A stretch of DNA of 64,000 bases, taken from NCBI GenBank assembly GCA_009886115.1, contig VFJJ01000051.1, forward strand, positions 1 to 64,000, given 5' to 3'. The position numbers and the translations under genes are program-made. Below are positions 40,482-50,254 of the stretch, in pieces (within the stretch, counting starts at the first letter, position 1; every line of letters starts with the position of its first letter). The notes beneath the pieces are model-generated. The model saw only the letters and a program-made list of their open reading frames with translations. It did no database searches and was not told the DNA's origin. The DNA comes from Actinomycetota bacterium. Lineage in GTDB: Bacteria > Actinomycetota > Acidimicrobiia > IMCC26256 > VFJJ01.

Positions 40482-42005
40482 ATGCATCGACGTCAATTTC
40501 TTCGGCGGGGTATCGCCGGGGTCGGGGCGGGCGTCGTCGTACCCTCGATCTCGATGCTCCATGCCCGGGCTCAGGTGGCGCCGACCGCGCCGGGGATCAG
40601 CCCCTACGGGCCGTTGTCGGAGACCCCGGACGACAACGGGCTGTTGCTTCCTGAGGGGTTCAGCTCACGGGTGATCGCCGTGGCCGGGGAACCCGTGGGC
40701 GACACCGGGTACGCCTGGCACGCCTACCCCGACGGCACCGCGACCTTCGACGACGGCGAAGGCGGTTGGTACTACGTGTGCAACAGCGAGGTGTTCGACT
40801 TCCTCGTGCCCGAGTCGGGGGGCGCGTCGGCCATCCACTTCGGACCCGATGGCGAGATCCTCGACGCGTACCGGATCCTCGAAGGGAGCAACTCCAACTG
40901 CGCCGGCGGCCCGACCCCGTGGGGAACCTGGCTGAGCTGTGAGGAGAACTTCGGCGAGACCGGGAGGGTGTTCGAATGCGACCCGACTGGCGTGAAGCCG
41001 GCGGTGGTCCACGAGGCCCTGGGCCGGTGGGCGCACGAAGCGGTCGCCGTCGATCCCGACGACGAGATCCTGTACCTGACCCAGGACCACCCCGAAGGTC
41101 TGCTCTACCGGTTCAGCCCCAATGCCTACCCGGACCTGTCGGCCGGCGTGCTCGAGGCGTGCATCGTCGTGTTCGGCGGCGCGGTCACATGGGGTCCGGT
41201 GGTCGACCCGTCGGGCGTGAGCGCGCCGACGCGGACCCAGGTTCCCGGGGCGACCGTCTTCACCGGCAACGAGGGGATCTGGTACCACGAGGGCTGGATC
41301 TACTTCACGACCAAGTACGACCACTCGGTGCACGGCATCGACCTCCGGGCCCAGATCTATCAGCTGATCTGGAAGGGCGATCCCGAAGGGCTCGGAGTCG
41401 AGGGCGCTGTGTTGTCGGGCGTCGACAACATCACCGTCGACGCGGGGACCGGTGATCTCGTCGTGGCCGAGGACGGCGGCAACATGGAGCTTGTGATCAT
41501 CACGCCCGAGGGCGTGCTGGCGCCACTCGTCCGGGTGATGGGCCAGGATGGCTCCGAGGTGACGGGTCCGGTCTTCAACCCAACGCGCGACCGGCTCTAC
41601 TTCTCGTCTCAGCGAGCCCCGGCGCTCAAGCCGTTGCGAGAGATCGTGCCCGGCCTCGACTCCGATGATCTCACGGCCGGCGTGACCTACGAGATCACCG
41701 GACCGTTCCGGGGGCGCGTCGAGCCGCCGCCGCCGCCCACGACCACCACGACCGCGCCAGCCACGACCACCACCACGACGGCGACGACAACGACCACGAC
41801 GGTCCCGTCACCGATCACCACCCTCACAGCGGCGCGCGACGCCGCAGCGGCCGCAAGCAGCGATGACGACGGCGACGACGGTTCCAGCGCGGCGCCCATC
41901 GCCATCGCCGGCGTGATCGTCGTCGCGGCCGTTGGCGGTGCGATTGCGCTTCGCCGCCGTAAGCAGGGACCTGACGACGCCAGCCCTGACGGGCTCGACG
42001 GGTGA
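40482..42005 (+). CDS. Tat-exported PhoX/DUF839 family alkaline phosphatase-like protein with C-terminal membrane anchor
   Basis: MHRRQFL twin-arginine signal, PYGPL, NSEV, NCAGGPTPWGTWLSCEE, HEAVA, EGIW, DNITV, AEDG, SEVTGP; Pro/Thr linker, TM helix and RRRK. Confidence 0.85.
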   Translation: MHRRQFLRRGIAGVGAGVVVPSISMLHARAQVAPTAPGISPYGPLSETPDDNGLLLPEGFSSRVIAVAGEPVGDTGYAWHAYPDGTATFDDGEGGWYYVCNSEVFDFLVPESGGASAIHFGPDGEILDAYRILEGSNSNCAGGPTPWGTWLSCEENFGETGRVFECDPTGVKPAVVHEALGRWAHEAVAVDPDDEILYLTQDHPEGLLYRFSPNAYPDLSAGVLEACIVVFGGAVTWGPVVDPSGVSAPTRTQVPGATVFTGNEGIWYHEGWIYFTTKYDHSVHGIDLRAQIYQLIWKGDPEGLGVEGAVLSGVDNITVDAGTGDLVVAEDGGNMELVIITPEGVLAPLVRVMGQDGSEVTGPVFNPTRDRLYFSSQRAPALKPLREIVPGLDSDDLTAGVTYEITGPFRGRVEPPPPPTTTTTAPATTTTTTATTTTTTVPSPITTLTAARDAAAAASSDDDGDDGSSAAPIAIAGVIVVAAVGGAIALRRRKQGPDDASPDGLDG

Positions 42006-42080
42006 CGCCAGGCGGCGTGAGCGTGTTGCACGACTGAAGGCGCCGTCTCCGACCCGACCCACTGCGTGTCGCGCCTATCG

Positions 42081-43316
42081 TCAGCTGTCGTAGCGGCGTT
42101 TGATCTCGACGATGCGGTCTTGGGCGTGGTTGGCGTCGTCGCCTTGGCTGGCGAGGAGCTGGTCGCGGTCGCGGCGGGCCTCGCGCTCGGCGATGGTGGT
42201 GTCGGCCCGGGCGATGGCGGCGTCGGTGCCGTGCTCGTGGATGAACTCGGCCCACTCCACGAGGGCCTCGACCATCTCCGACTCGGCGACCACGGCGACG
42301 TTGCGGCCCTTGACGAACAGGTGCCCCCGCTTGTTGCCCGCGGCGATCCCCAGATCGGCCTCTCGGGCCTCGCCCGGCCCGTTGACGACGCAGCCCATCA
42401 CCGCGACCTGCAGCGGCAGCTCGCGCTCACCGAAGGCGGCCATGGCCCGCTGCGCCACGTCGATCACGTCGACCTCAGCCCGTCCGCACGAGGGGCAGGC
42501 GATGAGGTCGACGCTCTTGCGTTCCCGTAGCCCCATGGCCTCGAGCAGCTGGCGGCCGGCCCTCACCTCCTCGACCGGGTCGGCGGTGAGCGAGTAGCGG
42601 ATGGTGTCGCCGATGCCCTCGGCGAGGAGCGTCGCGATGCCGGCCGTCGACTTGATCAGCCCGGCGGGCGGTGGACCGGCCTCGGTGACACCGAGGTGCA
42701 GCGGATGATCGGTGACGTCGGCCAGCATCCGGTAGGCCTCGATCATGAGCATCACGTTCGACGCCTTGACCGAGATCTTCACATCGTCGAAGCCGACCTC
42801 GGCGAAGTAGGCCAGTTCCTGCTGGGCCGACTCGACCATGGCCTCGGGCGTGACCCGTCCGCCGTGCTTGGCGTAGAGCGCAGGGTCGAGCGAACCGCCG
42901 TTCACCCCGATGCGGATGGGCACGTTGCGGTCGCGGCATTCCTGGGCCACGAGCTTGATGTGCTCGGGGCGACGGATGTTGCCGGGGTTGAGGCGCAGGC
43001 AGGCCACGCCAGCGTCGAGCGCAGCCAGGGCCATCTTGTACTGGTGGTGGATGTCGGCCACGATCGGGACGGGCGAGCGGGGCACGATCTGCGCCAGGCC
43101 CTCGGCCGCTTCGATCTCGTTGCAGGTGCAGCGCACGATGTCGGCGCCGGCAGCGGCCAACGCGTAGATCTGCTGGAGGGTCCCCTCGACGTCGGCCGTC
43201 TTGGTGATCGTCATCGACTGCACGGTGATCGGCGAGCCACCGCCGACCGGTACCGTCCCGACGTGCAGGAGGCGGGTGATCCGGCGCGGGTGGGTGGTCG
43301 AGCTGTTGGCGTCCAT
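42081..43316 (-). CDS. ispG: (E)-4-hydroxy-3-methylbut-2-enyl-diphosphate synthase
   Basis: VQSMT, VADIH, RLNPGNI, HLGVTEAG, GIGDTIRYSL, CPSCGR and MGCVVNGPGE motifs. Confidence 0.97.
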   Translation of the reverse strand: MDANSSTTHPRRITRLLHVGTVPVGGGSPITVQSMTITKTADVEGTLQQIYALAAAGADIVRCTCNEIEAAEGLAQIVPRSPVPIVADIHHQYKMALAALDAGVACLRLNPGNIRRPEHIKLVAQECRDRNVPIRIGVNGGSLDPALYAKHGGRVTPEAMVESAQQELAYFAEVGFDDVKISVKASNVMLMIEAYRMLADVTDHPLHLGVTEAGPPPAGLIKSTAGIATLLAEGIGDTIRYSLTADPVEEVRAGRQLLEAMGLRERKSVDLIACPSCGRAEVDVIDVAQRAMAAFGERELPLQVAVMGCVVNGPGEAREADLGIAAGNKRGHLFVKGRNVAVVAESEMVEALVEWAEFIHEHGTDAAIARADTTIAEREARRDRDQLLASQGDDANHAQDRIVEIKRRYDS

Positions 43317-43331
43317 CAGCGCGAACTCATC

Positions 43332-43361
43332 GGAGGAAGGCCATCAGGAGGACGGCCATCA
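43332..43361. repeat. 15-bp tandem duplication across the rseP stop codon
   Basis: GGAGGAAGGCCATCA / GGAGGACGGCCATCA. Confidence 0.75.
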
Positions 43362-44576
43362 GAACGGGTTCTGCTGACCGCGCACGAGATCGAGATAGAT
43401 CGAGGTGATGGCGATGAAGGCCACCATCACCAGCACGGCGCCGGCCAAGGGCATGATCTTGTTCATGTCGGCCTGAACCCGACGGCGGCGGACGGTCGAT
43501 GCCACCTTCTCGTAGGTGGCGATGGCGATCAAGCCACCGTCGAACGGAGGCAGCGGCAGCAGGTTGAAGATCGCCAGGGCCAGGTTGATGATCGCCATGA
43601 CGATCAGCACGCTGCGGATGCCGTCGCGCGCTGCGTCGCCGCCGAGGTCGTAGAGGCCCACGACCGAGACGAACCGGTTCTCGTCGGCCTTGTCCTGCAC
43701 CTGCTCGTCGTCGGTGAACAGGCCCTGCACGTAGCCGTCGAGGTTGCCGAAGAAGCCGCCGAACGCACTGATCGTGCCCGTCGTCTGACGCCAGATGTCG
43801 CCGACCGAGGTGGTCAAGGACTCGACGGGACCCAGCCGGTCGTACCGGCCCTCGGGACTGATGCCGAGACGGCCGACGCCTTCGACGCTCTCGGGCGTGG
43901 CCGTCACCGAGCGGGGCTCCTCCCCCGGCCGCTGGTACACCACTGTGACCGCCTGCCCGGCCAGCGGCTGCACGATCTCGGGCACGTCGGCCCACTCCTC
44001 GACCGGCGTGCCGTCGATGGAGAGGATCGTGTCGCCGGGCTGGAGGCCCACGGCCGCGGCAGGTGTCCCTTCGCCGACGACGTTGACCACGGTGGTCGCC
44101 CGAGCCACGCCGAAGCCCGCGTACACGACGAACAACAACACGAAGGCCAGGAGCACGTTCATGAACGGGCCCGCGAAGGCGACGATGAAGCGCGACCGGT
44201 AGCGCTTCGAGCGGTAGGTGCGGTCCTCGTCGGCCGGATCGACCTCCTCGAGGTTGTTCATGCCGATGATCTTCACGTAGCCCCCGAGGGGGAGGGCCTT
44301 GAAGCCGTACTCGGTCTCGCCCCGGCGGAACGACCAGATGCGGGGACCGAAGCCGGCGAAGAACTCGGTGACCTTCATGCCCGACCACTTGGCCGCGGCG
44401 AAGTGCCCGAACTCGTGCACGACGATGAACACGACCAGTCCGCCGAGCACGCCCAGCAGGTTGACGGCCGAGGCCGGCCGGATGATCGTGAACAGCACGA
44501 GGGCCACGACCACCAGCACGACGTTTCGCACCGTGGTCTTGCGGTCGAGCTGCTGCTCTTCGAAGACGTCTCGCAT
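43359..44576 (-). CDS. rseP: M50 family intramembrane zinc metalloprotease with PDZ domain (RseP/Rip1-like)
   Basis: HEFGH, GFGP, PLGGYVKI, AGPFMN and NLLPLPPFDGG motifs; lies between dxr and ispG. Confidence 0.9.
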   Translation of the reverse strand: MRDVFEEQQLDRKTTVRNVVLVVVALVLFTIIRPASAVNLLGVLGGLVVFIVVHEFGHFAAAKWSGMKVTEFFAGFGPRIWSFRRGETEYGFKALPLGGYVKIIGMNNLEEVDPADEDRTYRSKRYRSRFIVAFAGPFMNVLLAFVLLFVVYAGFGVARATTVVNVVGEGTPAAAVGLQPGDTILSIDGTPVEEWADVPEIVQPLAGQAVTVVYQRPGEEPRSVTATPESVEGVGRLGISPEGRYDRLGPVESLTTSVGDIWRQTTGTISAFGGFFGNLDGYVQGLFTDDEQVQDKADENRFVSVVGLYDLGGDAARDGIRSVLIVMAIINLALAIFNLLPLPPFDGGLIAIATYEKVASTVRRRRVQADMNKIMPLAGAVLVMVAFIAITSIYLDLVRGQQNPF

Positions 44577-44664
44577 CCTGCTCCTGTCAGCGCCGACGCT
44601 GCGTCACCCGTTCGTCGGCGGCGGGCTCCACGGATGCAGGCCCGCTACGACGATCGAGCATCGC

Positions 44665-45789
44665 TCATGCGCCACGGCGGCGATCGATGATCTGGGTGGC
44701 TCGGGCGCGTCCGCGAGCATCGGCGTCGAGCACAGCACCGAGCGTACCGGCCGGACCGGCGGTCTCCGACGCGAGCACCTCGCCGATCGTCTCGTCGATC
44801 GCCAGCCAGGAGACCTCGCCGGCCAGGAACGCCTCGACGGCGACCTCGTTGGCCGCGTTGAGCAGCGCCGGGGCCAGCCCGCCGACCCGGGCGGCCTCAT
44901 AGGCATGGGCCAGGCAGCGGAACGTCTCGAGATCGGCGGTCTCGAACGTGAGTTGCGACAGCCGGGTCCAGTCGATGACCCCGACGGCCTGCGGGACCCG
45001 ACCCGGGTCGGCCATCGCATAGCCGATCGGCCCGCGCATGTCGGGCATCGAGAGCTGGGCGATGGTGGCGCCGTCGCAGAACTCGACCATCCCATGGATG
45101 ATCGACTGGGGGTGGATCACCACCTCGATCTGGTCGAGCGAAACCTCGAAGAGCTCCTTGGCTTCGATGACCTCCAGGCCCTTGTTCATGAGCGTCGACG
45201 AGTCGATGGTGATCTTGGGGCCCATCGACCACGTCGGGTGCTTGAGCGCCTCCTCGACCCGCACGTCGGCCAGCGCGGCCCGCGTGCGGCCGCGGAACGG
45301 CCCGCCGCTGCCGGTGATGAGCAGACGCCGGACCTCGGCCGGCGATCCGGCCCGCATCGCTTGGTACAAGGCCGAATGCTCGGAGTCGACGGGAACGATG
45401 ACGCCGCCGCCGTCCATGCGGGCCTTGGCCACGACCGGCCCGGCGGCGATGAGGCTCTCCTTGTTGGCCAAGCCGAGCCGCTTGCCCGACTCCAGCGCCG
45501 CCAGTGTGGCCGGCAACCCGGCGAAGCCCACGACGGCGTTGATGACGATGTCGACGTCGTCGAGGCTGGCCAGACCGGCGAGAGCCGACGGATCATCGCC
45601 GCAGATCCGAGCCTTCCCCGCGGCGACGCCGAACTCGAGCGCCTGGGCGGCGAGCAGGTCGACGTTTCGCCCCGAGGCCAGCGCCACCACGCGGTAGCGC
45701 TCGGGGTTGGCGCGCACGACGTCGAGGCTCTGCGTGCCGACCGAGCCGGTCGAGCCGAGCACCGCCACCCCGAGTCGATCAGTCCTCAT
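44665..45789 (-). CDS. dxr: 1-deoxy-D-xylulose-5-phosphate reductoisomerase
   Basis: LGSTGSVG, LANKESL, PVDSEHSA and HPTWSMGPKITIDSSTLMNKGLEVIEA motifs. Confidence 0.97.
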   Translation of the reverse strand: MRTDRLGVAVLGSTGSVGTQSLDVVRANPERYRVVALASGRNVDLLAAQALEFGVAAGKARICGDDPSALAGLASLDDVDIVINAVVGFAGLPATLAALESGKRLGLANKESLIAAGPVVAKARMDGGGVIVPVDSEHSALYQAMRAGSPAEVRRLLITGSGGPFRGRTRAALADVRVEEALKHPTWSMGPKITIDSSTLMNKGLEVIEAKELFEVSLDQIEVVIHPQSIIHGMVEFCDGATIAQLSMPDMRGPIGYAMADPGRVPQAVGVIDWTRLSQLTFETADLETFRCLAHAYEAARVGGLAPALLNAANEVAVEAFLAGEVSWLAIDETIGEVLASETAGPAGTLGAVLDADARGRARATQIIDRRRGA

Positions 45790-46003
45790 GCCGTCTCCAA
45801 GTCGCCTGCGGCGACGTCGCCGGCGACTCCGGGACCTCGCTGCGCTCGGCGAAAATCAACGGCACATCCTCACTGTGTTCCAATCGGCAGTTGTCGACCT
45901 GAGACCGAGGTGCCGGCAGCACCCGGTCCGGAGAATCCCGCACTCACCCCGCTCGCTCCGATGAGAGCTCGAAACCGGAAGATCCACGTAACCCTGTGAG
46001 CTC

Positions 46004-47791
46004 TCAACCGATGTCGAGCACGATCGTGAGGTAGTACGCGAAGGGCATCGAGAACAACAGACCGTCGAACCGGTCGAACACGCCGCCGTGACCGGGAAGG
46101 AGCCCGCCGAAGTCCTTGATCCCCAGATCGCGCTTGATCATCGACTCGGCGAGATCGCCGATCGGTGCCGCCAGGCCGACCACGAGACCCAACCAGAGGC
46201 AGTGGACCCGGCTCGTGTCCCACGGAGCGATCTCGTGCACACCCAGCACGGCCACGGCGATGGAGCCGGCGACACCGGCGAAGAACCCGGCCCAGGTCTT
46301 GTTGGGCGAGATGTGCGGGGCCAGGCGCTGATGGCCGATGTGGCTGCCGACGAGGTAGGCCGCGATGTCGTTGACCACGACGCACAGCGCGACGCCGATC
46401 ACGAGACCCACGCCGTCGACTGACCGGCCGAGGAGCAGCCCCACGAAGCCGGCGAGCATCCCGATGTAGCCGAACCCGAGGTAGGTCATCCCCAGGTTGG
46501 CCACGGGTCTGGCCCGCACGGCACCTGTGAGGTACCACAGCATCGTGAACACGATGATGATCCCGATGACGAGGGGGAACGCCTCGGGGCCGCGCTTGAA
46601 CGCGATCGCCGGCATGGCGGCGGCGCCGATCATCCCGAGCAGGGCAGCTGGGCGATAGCCCTGCGATCGCGATCCGGCGTAGAGCTCGGCCGTGGCCAGT
46701 GCGCCGATCACCGACGCCAGCGCGGCCACCCAACCCCGACCCAGGTTGAACGCCAGGAGGGCCACGATGCCCATGGCCACACCGACGACGATCCGCACCA
46801 CGAGGTCGTCGGGTCGGGAAGGCTCGTTAAACATCTCGGGCGGTCCGAAGTCGGGCTCGGCACGCAGCTGTCCGGTCCCCAGGCCCGGCCCGCCCCCGAG
46901 GAGGGGTCCCTCGGCGTCGGCGTCGTCGTCGATCGCACCCGGCTGCACGCTGCTCGGACCTCCGCGGGCGGTGCGACGGCCCGCACCGCCACCCGGGCGA
47001 CGCTCGGCTCCCCGCGCCCGACGCTCCTGCACCTGGCGGGCGAAGACATCGTCCTCGTCGACATCGGGTTCGTCGTCGGACAGCGCCCCGAGGGCGTCGT
47101 CGTCCTTGATGAGCTCGTCCGGATGGAAGTCGGGCTCGGCCCAGTCGCCCGAGTGATGGCGAAAACGGGGTGCCGACACCTTCGACCAGGCGTCGCCCTC
47201 GTCGTCGTCGGGCTCGTCTCCGAAGATCCTCGGCATCTGTCCGGTTGCCGGCTCGGTCCAATGCGGCAGGCGCGTCGAAGCTTCAGCCCGGCCCGGATCC
47301 GGCTGAGCGTCGGCTTGGGCTCGCAGCGCCCGTTCATCCAGGGCCCGCTCGGCCCGCTCGGCCTCAGCCCGCTGTGCCCGCTCGGCCCGGGCCCGCTCGG
47401 CCTGCTCGGCCTGGGCCGCCTGGGCGCGCTCGGCCTGGGTCTGCGCCAGGCGCTCGTCGGCTCCGATGACCCGGCGGGGCCCAGCTGCGGCCACGGGCGC
47501 CGAAGCGCCGGTACCACGGACAGAGCGTTCGATGCCACGCGCGTCGGCGAGCTCGTCGCCGTCATCGTCATCGGCGTCGTCATCGGCGTCGCCGAACGAC
47601 GAGCCACCGAGACGCATCGATGGCGCGAACCGGGGATCCGGTCCCGGGCCTCCCGGCGTGGGCGCACCAGCTCGCCCGACGCTCTGCCCGCGTTCCATCG
47701 CCAGGCGCGCCTCGTCGGCACCGATGATGCGCACGCGCTCGCTCGGCGCGGCGGAGCGGTCAGGAAGCTGGTCGTCGCCGTGATCGTCCAC
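46004..47791 (-). CDS. cdsA: Phosphatidate cytidylyltransferase with long low-complexity N-terminal extension
   Basis: C-terminal NDIAAYLVG, ISPNKTWAG and GDLAESMIKRDLGIKDFGGLLPGHGGVFDRFD; GGAGG RBS before GTG 47791. Confidence 0.9.
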   Translation of the reverse strand: MDDHGDDQLPDRSAAPSERVRIIGADEARLAMERGQSVGRAGAPTPGGPGPDPRFAPSMRLGGSSFGDADDDADDDDGDELADARGIERSVRGTGASAPVAAAGPRRVIGADERLAQTQAERAQAAQAEQAERARAERAQRAEAERAERALDERALRAQADAQPDPGRAEASTRLPHWTEPATGQMPRIFGDEPDDDEGDAWSKVSAPRFRHHSGDWAEPDFHPDELIKDDDALGALSDDEPDVDEDDVFARQVQERRARGAERRPGGGAGRRTARGGPSSVQPGAIDDDADAEGPLLGGGPGLGTGQLRAEPDFGPPEMFNEPSRPDDLVVRIVVGVAMGIVALLAFNLGRGWVAALASVIGALATAELYAGSRSQGYRPAALLGMIGAAAMPAIAFKRGPEAFPLVIGIIIVFTMLWYLTGAVRARPVANLGMTYLGFGYIGMLAGFVGLLLGRSVDGVGLVIGVALCVVVNDIAAYLVGSHIGHQRLAPHISPNKTWAGFFAGVAGSIAVAVLGVHEIAPWDTSRVHCLWLGLVVGLAAPIGDLAESMIKRDLGIKDFGGLLPGHGGVFDRFDGLLFSMPFAYYLTIVLDIG

Positions 47792-47925
47792 GCTGGTGTT
47801 TCCTCCCGGGTGCGAGACGCTCTCGTACCACCTGCAACGCGCCACGGTACCCCAGGGGACCGTCGGGACGATGGTTTCGGGCGAAGTGTCCGCCGCTCGA
47901 GCAAATGCTCGGTCGGCACGTCCGA

Positions 47926-48486
47926 TCAAACCTCGAGCAGCTCGGCTTCTTTGTGCGAGAGCTTGGCGTCGATGATCTCCACGAACTCGTGGGTGATCTT
48001 CTCGAGTTCCTTCTCGGCCCGGGCGAGAGCATCCTCGGAGATCTCCCCCTCCTTCTCGAAGTCCTCGAGGTCGCCTCGGGCATGGCGCCGGACGTTGCGG
48101 ATGGCCACGCGCGCGTCCTCGGCCTTGGTCTTGACGACCTTCACGAACTCCTTGCGTCGCTCCTCGGTGAGCGGCGGGAACGCCAGCCTGATCACGATCC
48201 CGTCATTGCCCGGGTTGATACCCAGATCGCTGCTGCGCAACGCCTTCTCGATGGCGGTGATCGTGGTCTTGTCGTAGGGCGAGATCACGAGCATCCGCGG
48301 CTCGGGCACGCTGAAACCCGCTATCTGCTGAAGTGCCATCTCCGAGCCGTAGACGTCGACCCGGAGCTTCTCGACGAGCCCCGAGTTGGCCCGTCCCGTG
48401 CGGACCCGGGAGAAGTCGTCGAGCAGATGCTCGACGGCCTTGGCCATCTTCTCCCTGGCGTCATCGAGGATTTCCTTCTCGATCAT
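47926..48486 (-). CDS. frr: Ribosome recycling factor
   Basis: RTGRA, LGINPGNDG, PPLTEERRKE and RVAIRNVRR motifs. Confidence 0.97.
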   Translation of the reverse strand: MIEKEILDDAREKMAKAVEHLLDDFSRVRTGRANSGLVEKLRVDVYGSEMALQQIAGFSVPEPRMLVISPYDKTTITAIEKALRSSDLGINPGNDGIVIRLAFPPLTEERRKEFVKVVKTKAEDARVAIRNVRRHARGDLEDFEKEGEISEDALARAEKELEKITHEFVEIIDAKLSHKEAELLEV

Positions 48487-48520
48487 GGTGCTCTCCTCCT
48501 GGACTTGTCGCGAGACCCGG

Positions 48521-49252
48521 TCAGGACACGATGGAGCCGACACCGTCCTCGCCGAGGAGGACCCGTCGGATCGTGCCCGGCGTGATCACGTTGAACACGA
48601 TGATCGGGAGCTTGTTCTCCATGCAGAACGTGATGGCGGTCGAATCCATCACCTGGATGTTCACGTCGTTGAGCGCGTCGTTGAACGCGACCCTGTCGAG
48701 CTTCTTGGCGTCGGGAAACTTGCGGGGGTCGCGGTCGTACACGCCGTCGACGCTGCCGTGGGTGCCCTTGAGGACGGCCTCGGCGCCGATCTCGGCCGCG
48801 CGGAGCGCAGCAGTCGTGTCGGTGGTGAAGTACGGGTTCCCGGTACCGGCCGCGAAGATCACGATGCGGCCCTTCTCGAGGTGGCGGATGGCCCGCCTCC
48901 TGATGTACGGCTCGGCCACCTGGGCCATGGCGATGGCGGTCTGCACCCGGCAGGGCTGGTCGAGCTTCTCGAGCGCATCCTGCAACGCCAAGGCGTTGAT
49001 GACCGTGCCGAGCATCCCCATGTAGTCGGCGGTGCCCCGGTCCATGCCGCCGCGGGATCCCGAGAGCCCTCGGAAGATGTTGCCCCCGCCGACGACCACG
49101 GCGATCTCGACGTTGAGGTTCTCACGGGCCTCGACGATCTCGGCGGCGACCTGGTGCACGATCTCGGCGTCGATGCCGTACTTGATGCTCGTGTCGGCGA
49201 ACGCCTCGCCGGAGAGCTTGAGGAGCACTCGGCCGTAACGGCTCTGCGCCAT
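48521..49252 (-). CDS. pyrH: UMP kinase
   Basis: [27 protein letters not shown] and [11 protein letters not shown] motifs. Confidence 0.97.
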   Translation of the reverse strand: MAQSRYGRVLLKLSGEAFADTSIKYGIDAEIVHQVAAEIVEARENLNVEIAVVVGGGNIFRGLSGSRGGMDRGTADYMGMLGTVINALALQDALEKLDQPCRVQTAIAMAQVAEPYIRRRAIRHLEKGRIVIFAAGTGNPYFTTDTTAALRAAEIGAEAVLKGTHGSVDGVYDRDPRKFPDAKKLDRVAFNDALNDVNIQVMDSTAITFCMENKLPIIVFNVITPGTIRRVLLGEDGVGSIVS

Positions 49253-49348
49253 CACCTCTCCGATCGCCAATGCAGCCTGACTGGACGGGGCGCCAACGCT
49301 GCAACCCAGAGGACGCCCCCCATCGATCGAGGGCACCGGGCGATCAGG

Positions 49349-50197
49349 TTACTCCTCGCCGATCTTGACCCGGGCGTAGGCCGACACCGTGGCCTCAGCC
49401 CCCAGGCTCTTGACCAGCTGGGCGATCGAGACCTTCGTGTCCTTCACGAACGCCTGCTCGACGAGGCAGCGATCGCGGAAGAACCCGCCGAGGCGAGCCT
49501 CGACGATCTTGGGGATCGCCGCCTCGGGCTTGCCCTCGTTGCGCGTGATGTTCTCGTAGACCTCGCGCTCAGCGTCGATCACCGACTGCGGGACGTCTTC
49601 GCGTCGCAGCCAACCCGGCGCGGCCGACGCCGCGTGCAGCGCGACATCGTGGGCGATCTCCTGGGCCTGCGGGTTCGAGGGGTCGACGCCGCTGAGTACG
49701 ACGATGACGCCGACCGTGCCGCGACCGTCCTGACGGTGCACGTAGGTGTCGATGAGCCCGGCCCCGGCGTCGAGGCGCACGACCCGTCCCAGCGAGATGT
49801 TCTCGCCCAGTCGGGCAGCGAGCTCCTTCACCGCGGTGTCGACCGACTCGCCGGTGCCGGCGAAGGTTTGCGACGCCAGGTCGGACGCGTCGCTCGCAGC
49901 CTGGCCGGCCAGCGTCGTGACTGCGGCCTTGAAATCGTCACCCTTGGCGACGAAGTCCGTCTCGCTGTTCAGCTCGACGATGGCCCCGATCGAACCTGCG
50001 ACCGCGATGTCGATCGCCCCCTGATCGGCGGCACGATCCCTGCGCTTGTCCACACCGGCGAGGCCCTTCTCGCGAAGCCACTTCTTGGCCTCATCGAAGT
50101 CGCCACCGGTGGCTTCGAGTGCGCGCTTGCAGTCCATCATGCCGGCGCCCGTGGCCTTGCGGAGGGCGGCGACGTCCTTGGCCGAGATCTCAGCCAT
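49349..50197 (-). CDS. tsf: Elongation factor Ts
   Basis: LRKATGAGMMDCKRAL, ELNSETDFVAK and GENI motifs. Confidence 0.97.
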   Translation of the reverse strand: MAEISAKDVAALRKATGAGMMDCKRALEATGGDFDEAKKWLREKGLAGVDKRRDRAADQGAIDIAVAGSIGAIVELNSETDFVAKGDDFKAAVTTLAGQAASDASDLASQTFAGTGESVDTAVKELAARLGENISLGRVVRLDAGAGLIDTYVHRQDGRGTVGVIVVLSGVDPSNPQAQEIAHDVALHAASAAPGWLRREDVPQSVIDAEREVYENITRNEGKPEAAIPKIVEARLGGFFRDRCLVEQAFVKDTKVSIAQLVKSLGAEATVSAYARVKIGEE

Positions 50198-50254
50198 CAC
50201 ATCTCCTGGGGAATCGAATGGTCGAATGACGAAAACGGAAGGAGGAGCTGGCGT

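Noticed and set aside
45790..46003. 214-nt cdsA-dxr spacer with short GC hairpins (GCGACTCCGGGACCTCGCTGCGCTCGGC)
   Set aside because: It resembles an interspersed repeat, but there is only one copy in the window and no defined structure or ORF to support a call.
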